From NCBI RefSeq assembly GCF_963921235.1, contig NC_086106.1, forward strand, positions 23,560,001 to 23,624,000: DNA of 64,000 bases. The letters are read 5' to 3'. Of the stretch, positions 25,421 to 37,575 are shown piece by piece. The notes under the pieces are model-generated. The model searched no databases. It saw only the letters and a list, made by a program, of their open reading frames with translations, and had not been told where the DNA came from. A program made the translations under genes and the position numbers. Within the stretch, counting starts at the first letter, position 1; each line of letters starts with the position of its first letter. The DNA comes from Mobula hypostoma (lineage: Eukaryota).

Positions 25421-26548
25421 AAACAATGTCTAGTTCATTTCTAGTACTTGCTTAGCTTCCATCGCAAGATCGTCGCATTTATAATAAACACTTTTTTTTA
25501 ATTAATCTACGTCTAATATGAGGACGATATTCTTGAAGCCTACTGTATCCATGCGAGTCATTTTATGTAATACAATGTTCTTCCTTCATATTTACTACCA
25601 CATTTTGGAGAACAGACCTAGTATCTACAGTGGCTACTGCATCTGATACAACTTCTGGCATATCTCCTCTGTCCCTCTGTCGTCACATTTCCTGCACTCC
25701 AGTTACTTGATTTAGACATAGGTATGTGCAATGTTTTATCAAGTTCTATCATCACCTTATATTTGCTTACTCACCATGCATCGGGGCTGTTCTCTATCGC
25801 CGTTACGGCCAGCAATCTCGGCTGGCAACGGAAACAGCCGGATTCCTACCTGGCTCGGAGTGGCTGACCGCAGCGGAGTTGACCTGGAAAACGGCCGAAT
25901 CCATACCGCAAAGACAGCTCCGGCAACCGGCAGGAAGGCTCCATGAAGCGATGGTTTTCCAACGTGTCCTAAACATAGCAAATGGACGCTATATTCGTCC
26001 ACCGGCAGCTTGCCCCCAGGATATCTTGACAAAACGAATCAGCAGCCCACACTGGAAAGCAAGGCTATTTATATTCCAAGTCAAGATGGGAATCAGGTGC
26101 CTATGATTAACTCAACTGAAACAAGGGACAGCTGGAAGACCCAGAGTCCTGAATGCACGGACCAGATCGTGAACCGGAATGCAGACTTCACGGACAGGAG
26201 CATGACGTCCTGACAAAGGGTCCGGGCCCGTAATGTCCACTGCACCTCGTACTATAGATGCCGTCTGGCCTATTGCGTTCCACCTGCATTTTTTGTGTGT
26301 GCTGCTTGAATTTCCAGCCTCTGCAGATTTGCTCGTGTCGACGGTAAAGGTTCGGCCATTTTAGTTAGATGTATCGATGCAGCTGGGAAAAGTGACCAAA
26401 GCACAAAAGAAACAAAGCAAAATGTCCGTTGAGCAGGATAGTAGAAATGCGTTGGTGATGTCGAAAAATAATAGTGTTTTCCCCACTTTGCAGCTGTAGG
26501 TCAATTGGCTAGCTTTTACGTTTCTGTGCCCGCAGTTTCCAACAGACT

Positions 26549-26999
26549 ATGCTGATCATTGGAATATATCTGATCGTTCAAACGTTGAACATTAAATTCA
26601 GAAGGTAGTGCGTGTAATGGTATAAGATCCTGTGCAGGCGTTCATAAATATTCCGAGGAAATGGAGCAGAAAATATATTTTAACTTTCAGAGCCGGTGTA
26701 CCGTATGGAACCCGACTATAGACTTCAGAACTATAAAATAGGTCGCAAAAGTATGAAAAATATGAGTCATAGACGTAGGACACCCTCTTTAAATGCAACA
26801 AGTACGGGCAAAAAAAAAAGAGCTGGAATTTTGTAGTGGTGCGTAACTTATGACGTAATTACCACAATTTAAAACGCTGGCCTCAGAGATGATGATCAAT
26901 ACCGTATCAAAATATAACCTTTACTTAGGAAACAAAGGCGAGATCGTAAAGCGGATGATCAGCCAAATACATAAGGAATACTTTAAATGCAGGGCTATT
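26549..26999 (+). pseudogene. V pseudogene (psi-D): leader + V exon with degenerate RSS
   Basis: Leader MLIIGIYLIVQTLNIKFR (26549-26604), donor GTAGTG, 86-nt intron and acceptor taactttcag|. It splices in frame to AGVPYG..L*TSEL*, has FR2-like YGQ.KK(S)LEF, and YFKC with Cys 300 nt into the exon. CAC(GATA) starts 9 nt after the Cys. Confidence 0.55.
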
Positions 27000-27399
27000 C
27001 ACGATAGGAGATGGACGGAGACTTAGCTAAGATATCTGGATGAAAAATGAAATACTTAAGGATAAAGCAACAACATAGGATGTATTTACAGAACCACATT
27101 ATAGTGACAGCGATGTTCATGAAGATCTCTATCAGAATATTTTTAAAAACTACAAGTTCTGAAGATATTGGTATAGGTGACTTAAATTGCCGAGGTATTG
27201 AGGGAAAAGGTCGCAGGCAAGGGAGTTCATTGATTTATTGAAGGAATGCTTTATGACTCAGAGTGACAATGCAACAATAAAAGAAGAAGCTTGTTTGGAT
27301 TTGAATACGAAAATTGTTTGGCCTTTAGCAGAAAATGATCCTACAATGTATTCTCAATTTTTCTTGGTGGGGGGGGGGGGGGCAGCAGTATATCAGTGA

Positions 27400-27770
27400 T
27401 AATCAGATCCATTGAATTTAATTTCTGAATGGCAAAATTAAATGAATTAAATCTGAATGCAAACGCGTTAAGGACTTCACAGGTAGGTGAACAGGAAGGA
27501 ACTGTTGAAAGTTGAATTAGTTGAGACACATTGGATTGACCGCACTGACACTGGTAACTATAGACTAGAAAGTTTAACGTGTATCCTATCTAAGATATTG
27601 AAAACAATAACAAATAATGCGTTCGAAAAAGCAACTGATAAGAAGAGGCATATTAGCAGAATGCCAGCACAGATTGGAAAGTGGAAATCATGCTGGAGTT
27701 CTTTGGATAGGCAACTTAAATTCCTGATGACGCACACATGGTTTTGGACACTGAAAGGTGGGTTTTTGAT
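27400..27770 (+). mobile_element. Old CR1/L2-type RT fragment
   Basis: GNYRLESLTCILSKILKTI...QIGKWKSC, matching the RT region NYRPVSLT...KGKSC. Confidence 0.7.
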
Positions 27771-28005
27771 GGATCGATCAGGAGAATCGATCATTGGCTC
27801 TCGCAGAGTGGAAAAGGGTGACCGGTGGGAAATTATTAGTTGGGTAACCCTCGCCTGGATTGATAACTGAACTGCAGAAGACGGTCCTCTTTTTGTTGCC
27901 ACATTCCGTGTATCCTAAAGGGTTTTGGAGGACAACAGAAGATCGACGGCATCAGCTCAACTGAAGAACTAAACACCTATCTCTCCCCAACACGACTCAA
28001 CTAAG
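27770..28005 (+). mobile_element. LTR-like repeat, truncated copy
   Basis: aaccctcgcctgg(a/g)ttgataac...gatcgacggcatcagctca...gaagaact is shared with 49300-49740 and 62590-63015. Confidence 0.55.
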
Positions 28006-28602
28006 TACTTGGGTCCGTTCCCAGCCACCACCTTATGACACGAGTGGATTTAGCAGATTCTGGAGTAATGGTGCACTGTTCTACTGTGCAGCGACACCTG
28101 CACAAATATGACCTTCATGGAAGAGTCATCAGAAGAAAACATTTCCTGCATTCTTACCACAAAATTCAGCCTCGGTATTTTTCAAAGGAACACCTAAACA
28201 ATGCAATGTATTTTGGAAACACGTCCAGTGGACTGATGAAGTTCAAATATAACTTTCTGGCCGCAGTGAGCTAAGGTATATTTGGAGAAAAAAGGAGCAG
28301 AATTTCAGGAAACGAACACCTCTCCAACTGGTAAGTACGGTGGTGGATCGATCATGTTTTGCAGCCAGTGGCACGGTGAACATTTCACTCGTGGAGTGAA
28401 GAATTAACTCAATTAAATACCAGCAATTTTTTGGAAGCAAACATCACACCGTCTGTTAAAAAAAACTGAAGATGGAAAGAGGATGGGTTCAACAACAGGA
28501 TAATAATACTAAACACACTCCAAAATAGGTCATCTTTTACTCGCTTGGCTGTTCATAGTAGCAGAAATTTTGACCAGGCTGCCCAAACCTTTTCATGCCA
28601 CT
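28006..28602 (+). mobile_element. Tc1/mariner transposon 3' fragment
   Basis: DLADSGVMVHCSTVQRHLHKYDLHGRVIRRK, then decayed DDE text (ggtggtggatcgatcatg, caacaggataataatactaaacac). It ends in a TIR-like ...ccaaaccttttcatgccactg. Confidence 0.9.
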
Positions 28603-28684
28603 GCATACAGAAAGCATGGAGACAGTGTGGGAAGGAGGATAGGCAGTTAATAGAGAAGGGATATGTACTTTTTCCTTTTTTCAA

Positions 28685-29040
28685 ATGTGGCTATTGATAA
28701 TATTCTATGGAATAAATGTTGCCAGATATGTAAATACACAAGAGAGTTCTATGCAACACGATCTGTGCGTTTTAATTTTTGCTGTGTCAACTTTTTGCTT
28801 TATATTAACAGTGGACAGTGGAAGGATAGCGGTATTCTTCCTTCCAGGCACAAATTGCTGACTAAAGCAGGATTACGTGGATCATAAGCGATAGATCCAT
28901 CTGGTTCAGCATCTAATCTTGTCTTTCGAGCTCATTTGACCACATTGACTAGTTGGAGTAATTCCTATCAAGCATATCTCACAGCACGTGGTGGATAACC
29001 GTCCGACTCTAGTGTATGTTTCGTCATTTGCGCTCTTCTT
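28685..29040 (+). pseudogene. V pseudogene relic (psi-F), internally deleted
   Basis: Leader-like MWLLIIFYGINVA (ATG 28685; donor mutated to ATATGT). Acceptor ttcttccttccag| is followed by GTNC, frameshifted W-F-Q-HLILSFELI and FR3 AYLTARGG*PSDSSVCFVICALL (compare DSAVYFCAL). Confidence 0.5.
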
Positions 29041-30046
29041 AATTACTGTCAGCGAACCATCTGCAAACAACTTCTCAAGCAGTTCATTCCCAGACCTTTC
29101 CATTCACAAAGTGGAGGAAATGCAGCCATCTTCCATCGGAACATCTGCACATTTATCATAAAACCAATGCAACGTTTTTTTTTTAATCCACGTCTAGAAT
29201 GAAGACGACTTTCTTGCAATCTACCGTATGTATGTGAGTGTTTTTGTGTAACACAAAGTCATTCCATGTTACTCACCTCACTGGACTAAAGTCTATTTGC
29301 AACTTCAGATACATTTTTGCCAAAATGTGGTGCAGCCTTAGTTTACTTTCCGCTTTGTCAGTAACCCCACCTGACAGGATATTAGAGGAATTAAGTGATT
29401 TTGGAATAGATAACAACAATATTGCTAAGACGTAATGAAAACTGTGAGGCACATGCGTGTCAGTCTGTAAGAGTATCTCTGCCATTTAGTAACTTTTCTT
29501 CCTTGCAAATTGCTTGTTGTCAGCCGTTTTGGATGTTTTCAGTGAATTTTACGATGATTTTCCTTGCACTTTTATTGTCTGCAGGAAAATGAAACTGTGA
29601 TGCCTTTATGGTTACAAATATGTACTTACACCTTTGAACTTTGAACTGTCTACACAAAGCCTACTTCTAATCAAATAACTTACCTAATATCTAAGGGAAG
29701 CTGCGAAATTGAAAATAATGGGAAGGATCGTCAAAGCCACGTTTCCATGGTTGTAGCAAAGAACTTATCCAGTGTCACTGGTGAAATTATTCATACTGAG
29801 AAGAAATTCATTCCGAGGAATGGTATAACGACGAAATGAGAAGTATATTTTTTGGCTTTGTGCTTCCTCAGACTGTTAGACTTAATTATCCATTCTGATA
29901 TGCTAACCATTCGAAGGGGTGTGAGCACCACCTACTCGTCCAGTAAAACAGTGCAATTCCTGAGTGAGCGCAGGGAAACGTTGACGTGAACTATGTCCTA
30001 GTTGCGTCTCCAATCAACTGATTGCTGTCCTTGTGAAAACGGGATT

Positions 30047-31015
30047 ATAGTCACAGTCACAGTCATAGTCATATTCATAGTTATACTTTATTGATCCCGG
30101 GGGAAATTAGTTTTCTTTACAGTTGCACCATAAATGATAAATAATAATAAAACTATAAATACTTAAATAGTAATATCTAAATTATACAGGATATACGTCC
30201 AGGACTAGCCTATTGGCTCAGGGTGTCTGACCCTCCAAGGGAGGAGTTGTAAAATTTGATGGCCACAGGCAGGAATGAATTCCTATGACGCTCTGTGTTG
30301 CACCTCGGTGGAATGAGTCTCTGGCTGAATGTAATCTTATGCCCACCCAGTACATTATATAGTTGATGGGAGACATTGTCCAAGATGATATGCAACTTGG
30401 ACAGCATCCTCTTTTCAGACACCACCGTCAGAGAGTCCAGTTCCATCCTCACAACATCCCTGGCCTTACCAATGAGTTTGTTGATTCTGTTGGTGTCTGC
30501 TACCCTCAGCCTGCTGCCCCAGCACACAACAGCAAACACGATAACACTGGCCACCACAGACACTTAGAACATCCTCAACATCGCCCGGCAGATGTTAAAG
30601 GACCTCAGTCTCCTCAGGAAATAGAGACGGCTCTGACCCATCTCGTAGACAGCCTCAGTGTTCTTTCACCAGTCCAGTTTATTGTCAATTCGTATTCCCA
30701 GGTATTTGTAATCCTCCACCATGTCCACACTGACCCCCTGGATGGAAACAGGGGTCACCGGTAGCTTAGCTCTCCTCAGGTCTACAACCAGCTCCTTAGT
30801 CTTTTTCACATTAAGCTGCAGATAATCTCGTTCACACCATGTGACAAGTTTCCTTCCGTCGCCCTGTACTCAGCCTCATCTCCCTTGCAGATGCATCCAA
30901 CTATGGCAGAGTCATCTGAAAACTTCTGAAGATGACAGGACTCTGTGCAGTAGTTGAAGCCCGAGGTGTAGATGGTGAAGAGAAAGGGAGAAAGGGAGAG
31001 AAATGGAGATGACAA
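30047..31015 (-). mobile_element. Rex1/Babar-type LINE 3' fragment
   Basis: LSPFLFTIYTS...LQKFSDDSAIVGCI...EYR and SVVASVIVFAVVCWG. A 3' tandem tail (tgac-type) lies at about 30047-30085. Confidence 0.9.
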
Positions 31016-31308
31016 CTGTGAGGATAACAGTGAGGCAGCAGAGAGTTGTTACCCAAAACGCCCAGTCTGTTTTGACACTTTTAAAATGTTGAATAGGACA
31101 AAATATAAGAGTTCAACAACACCATCAATGATTTTTGGCACCCACAGTATTTCTGTTAATCCACAATTTCAACGTTATTCGTCGAAAACATTATCACGAG
31201 TTTCATGAGTGGAATTTAGAGGATGAATTTCAAGACAATGAATGTCTTTACAACCAATTGCCTGTTACGAAATTTCGAATCTTTTATCTTCTACGTTAAG
31301 AATTTGCT

Positions 31309-31459
31309 NNNNNNNNNNNNNNNNNNNNNNNNNNNNNNNNNNNNNNNNNNNNNNNNNNNNNNNNNNNNNNNNNNNNNNNNNNNNNNNNNNNNNNNNNNNN
31401 NNNNNNNNNNNNNNNNNNNNNNNNNNNNNNNNNNNNNNNNNNNNNNNNNNNNNNNNNNN
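31309..31459. other. Assembly gap (N run)
   Basis: Run of N followed by a GA repeat, at the left edge of cassette 2. Confidence 1.
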
Positions 31460-32073
31460 GAAAGAGAGAGACAAACAGAAGTGAGAGAGGTGAACAGAGA
31501 GACATGGAGAGAAAAACAGAGAGAGAGAGACAGAGAGACAGAGAGAGAGAGCAACAGATAGACGCTGGGGCACTCACAGCACGCTGGAGGAACGCAGCAG
31601 GTCGGGCAGGATTCTGGGCCGAAAAGTCGACCGATCTTTTCCACAGATGCTACCCGACACTTATCGCTGCACCAGAATATCAATGGATGTTCTACAAGGA
31701 AAACATCCATTAGACTCTATTTTATGCACTCCTGAACAATTATACCCATATACATAGTCTCTCTTTCTGCACACAGGCAGACACTCGCGCATACACACAC
31801 GCACACACGCACGCACACACACAAACACACTGATGACTGATTTTCGTTTGAATGTCATCGCTCATATTTGTCTTGCCATGAGATACCAGAGGCTATACAT
31901 CTCACTGTGACATGGGAAAAAACGTGGTGCGGTTACAGCATAACTGAATCTTCACAGACGAAAGCGAAGGAAACTTCAACCGGTAATCTTGGTGGTGGGA
32001 AACCAGAACCAGAAAAGGAGTGCACAGATATACCCAGCTACAGCGCTCGAAGCATGGCTTCTACAGTAAGTGA

Positions 32074-32112
32074 TTTTTTTGTACGAGGATTTAATCAGAA
32101 TACATCACTGTG
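32074..32112 (-). promoter_or_regulatory. 23-RSS of V gene 2
   Basis: CACAGTG (32112-32106), 23-nt spacer identical to RSS 1, nonamer ACAAAAAAA (32082-32074). Confidence 0.95.
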
Positions 32113-32419
32113 TGGCTTAGTGCGCAATAATAAACTGCTGAGTCGCCTACTTGCAGATTTGAGATGGTGACACGAAATAATTTTCTTCCCTGGTCCAGAG
32201 AGGTTTTGAAGTGTGTTTTGGCAATTTCTGCTGTATTTTCGGATCCCCATGAAGTTGTGTACACTATGTATTCGAGACTTTTTTCTAGTCTTTGTCGGTA
32301 CCAATATAAAGCATAGTCGTTAAATGTAGTATCATAGGTGCATCTGAAAGTCACAGTCTCCTCTTCGGTCGTCACTGCCGGTGGCTCTATCTGACTGACG
32401 GAGTTTCCATGACTCGTAT
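32113..32419 (-). CDS. TRAV/TRDV: TCR alpha/delta-type variable gene 2, V exon (apparently functional)
   Basis: 307-nt exon ...VTFRCTYDTTFNDYALYWYRQRLEKSLEYIVYTTSWGSENTAEIAKTHFKTSLDQGRKLFRVTISNLQVGDSAVYYCALS. It differs from V gene 1 at 17 of 307 nt (hand count). Confidence 0.93.
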
Positions 32420-32523
32420 CTAAAAAAAAAATAATAATGTTAGAAAATGAAATGTTACATTGACTTTTTTTCTTTCAGAATTCAGTTTCGAGAGGACTTA
32501 TGAGTTGTCTGCTGCGCACAAAC

Positions 32524-32569
32524 CAGTTAATGAGGCTCCAAACATAATCCAAATAAAGAATCTCAACAT
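32524..32569 (-). CDS. TRAV/TRDV: Leader exon of V gene 2
   Basis: MLRFFIWIMFGASLT+G, donor GTTTGT, 104-nt intron, in frame. Confidence 0.88.
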
Positions 32570-32570
32570 A

Positions 32571-32750
32571 TTTTTACATATAAAGGATGGGTTATGTGAG
32601 TTTCTCCTCACAAATTGTCGCCAGGCGTCAAGAAGCTCCGATTTTACTGTTTAAGTGGAGGTGTATTTGATGTAATGAGCAGGAAATGAAAAGCACCCAA
32701 TGGGATCGCGGCGTCACGATACATTCTCCGCCTTTTGCTCAATGCGACAA
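32571..32750 (-). promoter_or_regulatory. Putative promoter of V gene 2
   Basis: CAGGAAAT (32680-32687), CCCAATGGG and CGTCA (32712-32716), as in copy 1. Confidence 0.4.
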
Positions 32751-32906
32751 GGTATATGTACCTCCAGGAAAAGAAAAGAAAAGAGTCACAGTCTTTTTTT
32801 CCATACCACGAAAACCTGTCATTAACCGAGGGGCATGGTTATTAACCTGACATTAACTCGGTACAGAGAATGGCTTTTATTGGGAAGATTGTGAGAAAAT
32901 AAAGGA

Positions 32907-33046
32907 NNNNNNNNNNNNNNNNNNNNNNNNNNNNNNNNNNNNNNNNNNNNNNNNNNNNNNNNNNNNNNNNNNNNNNNNNNNNNNNNNNNNNNNNNNNNNN
33001 NNNNNNNNNNNNNNNNNNNNNNNNNNNNNNNNNNNNNNNNNNNNNN
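32907..33046. other. Assembly gap (N run)
   Basis: Its position corresponds to the (TG)n(AG)n tract at 9642-9725 in copy 1. Confidence 1.
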
Positions 33047-33094
33047 AACAGGAAGACCGCAAAGCGTTGCAACGCATCAGCAATGCAGGTAAAC

Positions 33095-33420
33095 TGGAGA
33101 ATAATAAAGACCAGTATCTCCACAATCGCATCTACATCTTTGGAATGAGAGGCACCGTTAAAGTTACCATTCCATGACATGGCTTCATTGATATGGCCAA
33201 TAAGCAGAGAGAACGTTGCAGTTCCAGATTCATAAAACAAAACTGTGAAAGCTTAAAAAAAGAGTGAATATTTGTGGAAAGCAAGAGAAAGACGATCTTC
33301 AATCTTTCTACAGCTCTGAGTAAGCCCTGTCCAGACATTCTAAAGAATATTGGACGGTCTGGACAGTTTGCACCAGGTATTTCCGACATATCCCAGGATG
33401 CTGAAAAAATGTCGTATACG
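33095..33420 (-). pseudogene. Paralog of psi-A
   Basis: Same donor (33373); the acceptor is mutated CAG>CAA. Reads KLSQ...YESGTATFS...AMSW. Confidence 0.45.
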
Positions 33421-35329
33421 CTTTAGATAATGTGTATTTCAAAGATTGTCTGTCCGTCGAAAATTAATTTAGCTGAAACGTGTCTGACCCAACCTATTTG
33501 GCGCATACGCTTCTTGCACCTCGCTGAAAAAAAAGACATCTGAATTTCCTACAAACATGGAGTGCATAAAACCTACGGTACAAATATTGCCCATTTTAAC
33601 AGAATCTCACGGGGAAGCAGAGCCGAAATATCTTTAAGAAGCACAAAAAATGATAGCCTTGTATCTTTCTACCTCTCACTAATTCACTTTCTGTCCATCT
33701 CACTCAAGCTCTGTCATCCTGTCTCTATTCCTATCTCTGTCAGGATCCTTGTATATCTCAAGATTTTTCACTACTCCTTGTCTTTCTCTACGACTCCCGT
33801 TATCTTTCTACCTCCATACCCCTGCCTTCTTTTGGCCACCAATATATCCCCATTTACTGTTGTCCTTTTCCATTTCTTTGATATTTGGGTCAATTGTACT
33901 TTCTCGTTTTTATTAGAGGTCGTCTTTTCTCGCCCCTCTCTCGCCTCTCTCTCGCACTTTGTGCAGTTTGTGCTTGTGCGTGTGCTCATTGTATTGTTAT
34001 TTCTCATGCTTAATCTCATCACTTTTTTTTTCCTTTGCGTATCGGCCTTGCACGTATTAATTCCTCACTATGGACGTTCTCCCTCCGAGAATGTCCTAAC
34101 AATAGAACATCAGACTGAATCGTTACCCCTCCAGCGTGTGTTTTACTGTTTCTTTCATTGTCCAGTCCTTGAAAAAAATCTCTTCCCTCTGTAGCACTCC
34201 CATTCTCTCAGTCTATTGACATAAGCGCCACTGAGGCTAGTAATTAGCATTGCTCTGCTACATTTCGGTTCATTTCGGAGATCGTAGTTCAATTCCAGTG
34301 CTGTCTTGTAACGAGACCCCTCACGTCTTTACCATAGAATCCACGGGGTTTCCCCGAATATTCTGGTTTCCATAACAGACCAAATATGTACGGGGTAGGT
34401 TAACTGGAAAATGCAAATTGCTCCGTGATTAGCTAGAGATTATCATGTTTGGTCGGTGGTTGCAGGGACGGCGTAGTTCAAAGGTAGCTCGGAACTACTC
34501 GGCACTGCATCACTGCAATTGAAAAAAAACAAAACAAAACAAATGTGCTTAATATACCAAAATAATTTTATCAGCGACAGGCCACTGAAGTAAAAGTAAA
34601 AGGTTTCATCTGCAAATGTGCTTGGCCGGAGTTGCTGTTTTTTTTCTTCTTTTTTTTCGTCTCTCTCTTTACTGGGTCGTTCCAGAAGATGCACACTAAG
34701 TATCAATGTTTGAGTACAAAATAGGATTGACAGAAATATCAGGAGCGGGTACTCTATTATGGCCGTGAATATGGTGATCAATTTCTTCGCTCCTCATTCC
34801 ACAAATCTGCTTGGACACTTGTTTCAACAACTAATTTCCCCTCTCACTTTAACTCTATCAGGAAATATGGTCGCGAAAGTAATGATTTAAAGCATTTGTT
34901 GGCATTTTCAAGCTTCCGAGTGACTGCCATTGTCGCCGGAATGCAACGTTCCGGTAACCGCAGTCTGCAACGCTCGGAGTGGCCTTATCTCGTCTGGAAC
35001 AGAATGGGCTTAATGTAGCTGCTGACTTCATGCAGAGAAATGAGGACGGGATTGATGAGACTGGAATCTGTGCAATTTGATCGGTGAAATCTGACAGAGA
35101 TGGCATTCACCGCCAGAATGCTATCCAGTTTTGTGAATTTATCTGAAGTCTGTTATTCTCCAGATTTTTTTTGTTTTATTTTATTTCATTTTATTTATTT
35201 ATTTATTTATTTACTTTACTGGAGACATCCTATGTACGGTTAAAGCTAGTTTATTAATCTGTTCCGCTCCAGGAAGTCAAATAAGAATCAATGCATCCGG
35301 AATGAAGAAAAAAAATGTGAAGCGCAATC

Positions 35330-35741
35330 CTATGTTTGCAGTAACAGCTTCTCAATCGTTGGCGACTGCTTTTGATTGCTTCCAATTCACAAAACGACAA
35401 CGTCACCCTCATTGATTTGTATGTTCCGCCCTGCCGGACGTACAGCTGTACGCGTTCTTGTAGTTTGTGCGAGTGATGCTGTGGAGATGATGCAAACGAA
35501 ATCAATATCAAAGCAATGAAATTCGACCGCTCGCGACCAGCTAACCACATATACCTGGTGTTCAACCCGCATACGATGCAGTCGACATTCCTCCAGAAGA
35601 ACTGTTACTTGCAGAGAGTGTGGAAAGTATATTTTTCTGTGAAAGGAACAGGGTCAGCACAGAACAATAAACGGTTGAACTTTTACTGTTGGTTCCGTCT
35701 GACCGAAACATTGTTAACATTACTGAGCGAGGCGAAACCAT
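35330..35741 (-). pseudogene. Paralog of psi-B
   Basis: Acceptor ctgttcctttcacag| (35637); TRYMW...KSMRVTLSFCELEAIKS...SCYC. Confidence 0.4.
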
Positions 35742-36149
35742 CGTGAAAGGAGGTCCGGAATATCATCAAGAAAATAAAAAAAATATAAAAAACATCAACC
35801 TCCTCAGGATCAAGCGGATTACGCTACAATTTATGTAAGAAATGTTCAAAACTCTTTCGGTGGTTTTTGAAGATAACGGAGAAAATTTGAACCCATGTCT
35901 CCATTCCATCAGGCTGGAATATTGTTGAAGAATGCTTAGTCTTCAGGGAACACGATTCCTCTATAATCATTCTGTTTATGAAAACCACCCTCTTCAGCGA
36001 GAACAGTAAGATATTCTTCTCGGTGCCTTTGAGAAGGCTGGCCTCTTACTTAATGCAGAACCACTGTCTATGCACCTCCAACCAGAAATATGACGTGCAG
36101 ATATATATATATATATTTTTTTTCTCAGTGTAGGTTAAACACATCTCAA

Positions 36150-37575
36150 TAACCAACCAATTCATCCGCGAGGCCAGGCAAAAGAAAGACAATGTGACAT
36201 TCGTCTGGTTATACCTGGCGAACATCTACCTTTCAAAACTGCAAGTCCTCATCTGGACTGGTCTGGACCACGACAATATCCCACCAGTAAAGCAAGATAT
36301 AATGATCAGCTACCTAGGAGGATTCAACTGCGCTTAACTTCAGCCCGCTCTACAAAACAGTGATTCCGAAATCCTCCAAAACCTCCCAAAACTGATTCCG
36401 ATCGGCTGCACTATCTTCTCCATTATGTTTGTCATACGTTTGTATCTCCTCTTATTAGCAGCAGCAGACGTAACCCGTGGCTCAGTCGACAAGCCCGTCA
36501 TCCGACAACCTGCAATACGGGAATCACCGATGACATTTCAATAAACATTGTAACCCATTTGCACGTAAGATGAGTATTGGGAACCCTGTACAACAACGTA
36601 GCTAGCTTGGCTAGGATGACCATGTGGCTCCTTGGTCGGCCAAGAAACCCAGATGCATGTTAATGAAAAAGCGTAAGTTACCAGCAATTCCAGTCCTCGG
36701 GTTCGGACAAAAGTCGTTCCATCCATTAAGGGCAACCCAGTGAAGTGTCATGGAAAGTAGTTAAAAATCAGGCCAGCTACAGATCCTCTTGTCATCGATA
36801 GTGGAGGAGTTCAAAGTGGAAAAGTAGAGAGTTTTAGTAGCACTTATGGAATCCGATGTCAAGGCAATAAACCAAATACGAGTCACACTAAGATCGGGCA
36901 GAATGTGGATCGCCAACTCAGCCACAGACAAGGCAGTGAGCATTCAGAAATCGAGATAAATCATCAGCAACACATCTGGAGACTGCAAGATTTCAGCTAT
37001 ACAAACTTCCTAGTATGGGTGAGTGCAAGTGCAACTTCTGAAATGCCCGCTTCGCTGCCGCTGCTTCTGTGCGATTGAGCATGTCTGGAGGAGAAAACCC
37101 AAATTATTGGCTTTGCCTATTGTCTGCTGCTGGGGCCTGGGTCGAAGCGCTCGGAAGAAATGGTGCTGGGTGCTCGGTTTCCAGGGACTGGTTGCAGGCT
37201 CGATTTTTCGGACGGGCTCAAGAGTCTGTTGTGGTCAGGTGCTTCTAGGGTGCTGCAAGGGCAAGTTTGCGACGCTGGAAGCTCGTGGCAGGGAGAGTTT
37301 TTCTTCTTTCTACCGTCTGCGTGAGATGATGGGACTTTCGAGTGACTTTGAGACTTTTTTGTTTTATTCACCGTGCCCATGGTCTGTTCTTTATCAAATT
37401 ACGGTCTTGCTTTGCACTATTTTAACTACATGTTATAATCATGTGGTTTTGTCAGTTTTTCGGACTTGGTTTGTCTTGTGTTTCTGTGATATCATTCTGG
37501 AGGAACTTTGCATCATTTCCTAACGCATGCATTACGGAATGACAATGAAAGAGGACTGCTTGTCCTCATATTATA
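36150..37575 (+). mobile_element. Paralog of the LINE fragment at 12850-14210
   Basis: Colinear similarity with the same 3' end. Confidence 0.5.

Noticed and set aside
28906-29103. Minus-strand ORF with LFADGSL read as an RT FADD motif
   Set aside because: No other RT motifs are present. The plus strand fits a V relic better (GTNC, WFQH..FELI, SDSSV..CAL).
29720-30040. Possible V relic cut by the Rex1 element
   Set aside because: Only an acceptor and a vague FR1 resemblance are present, with no Cys, Trp or donor.
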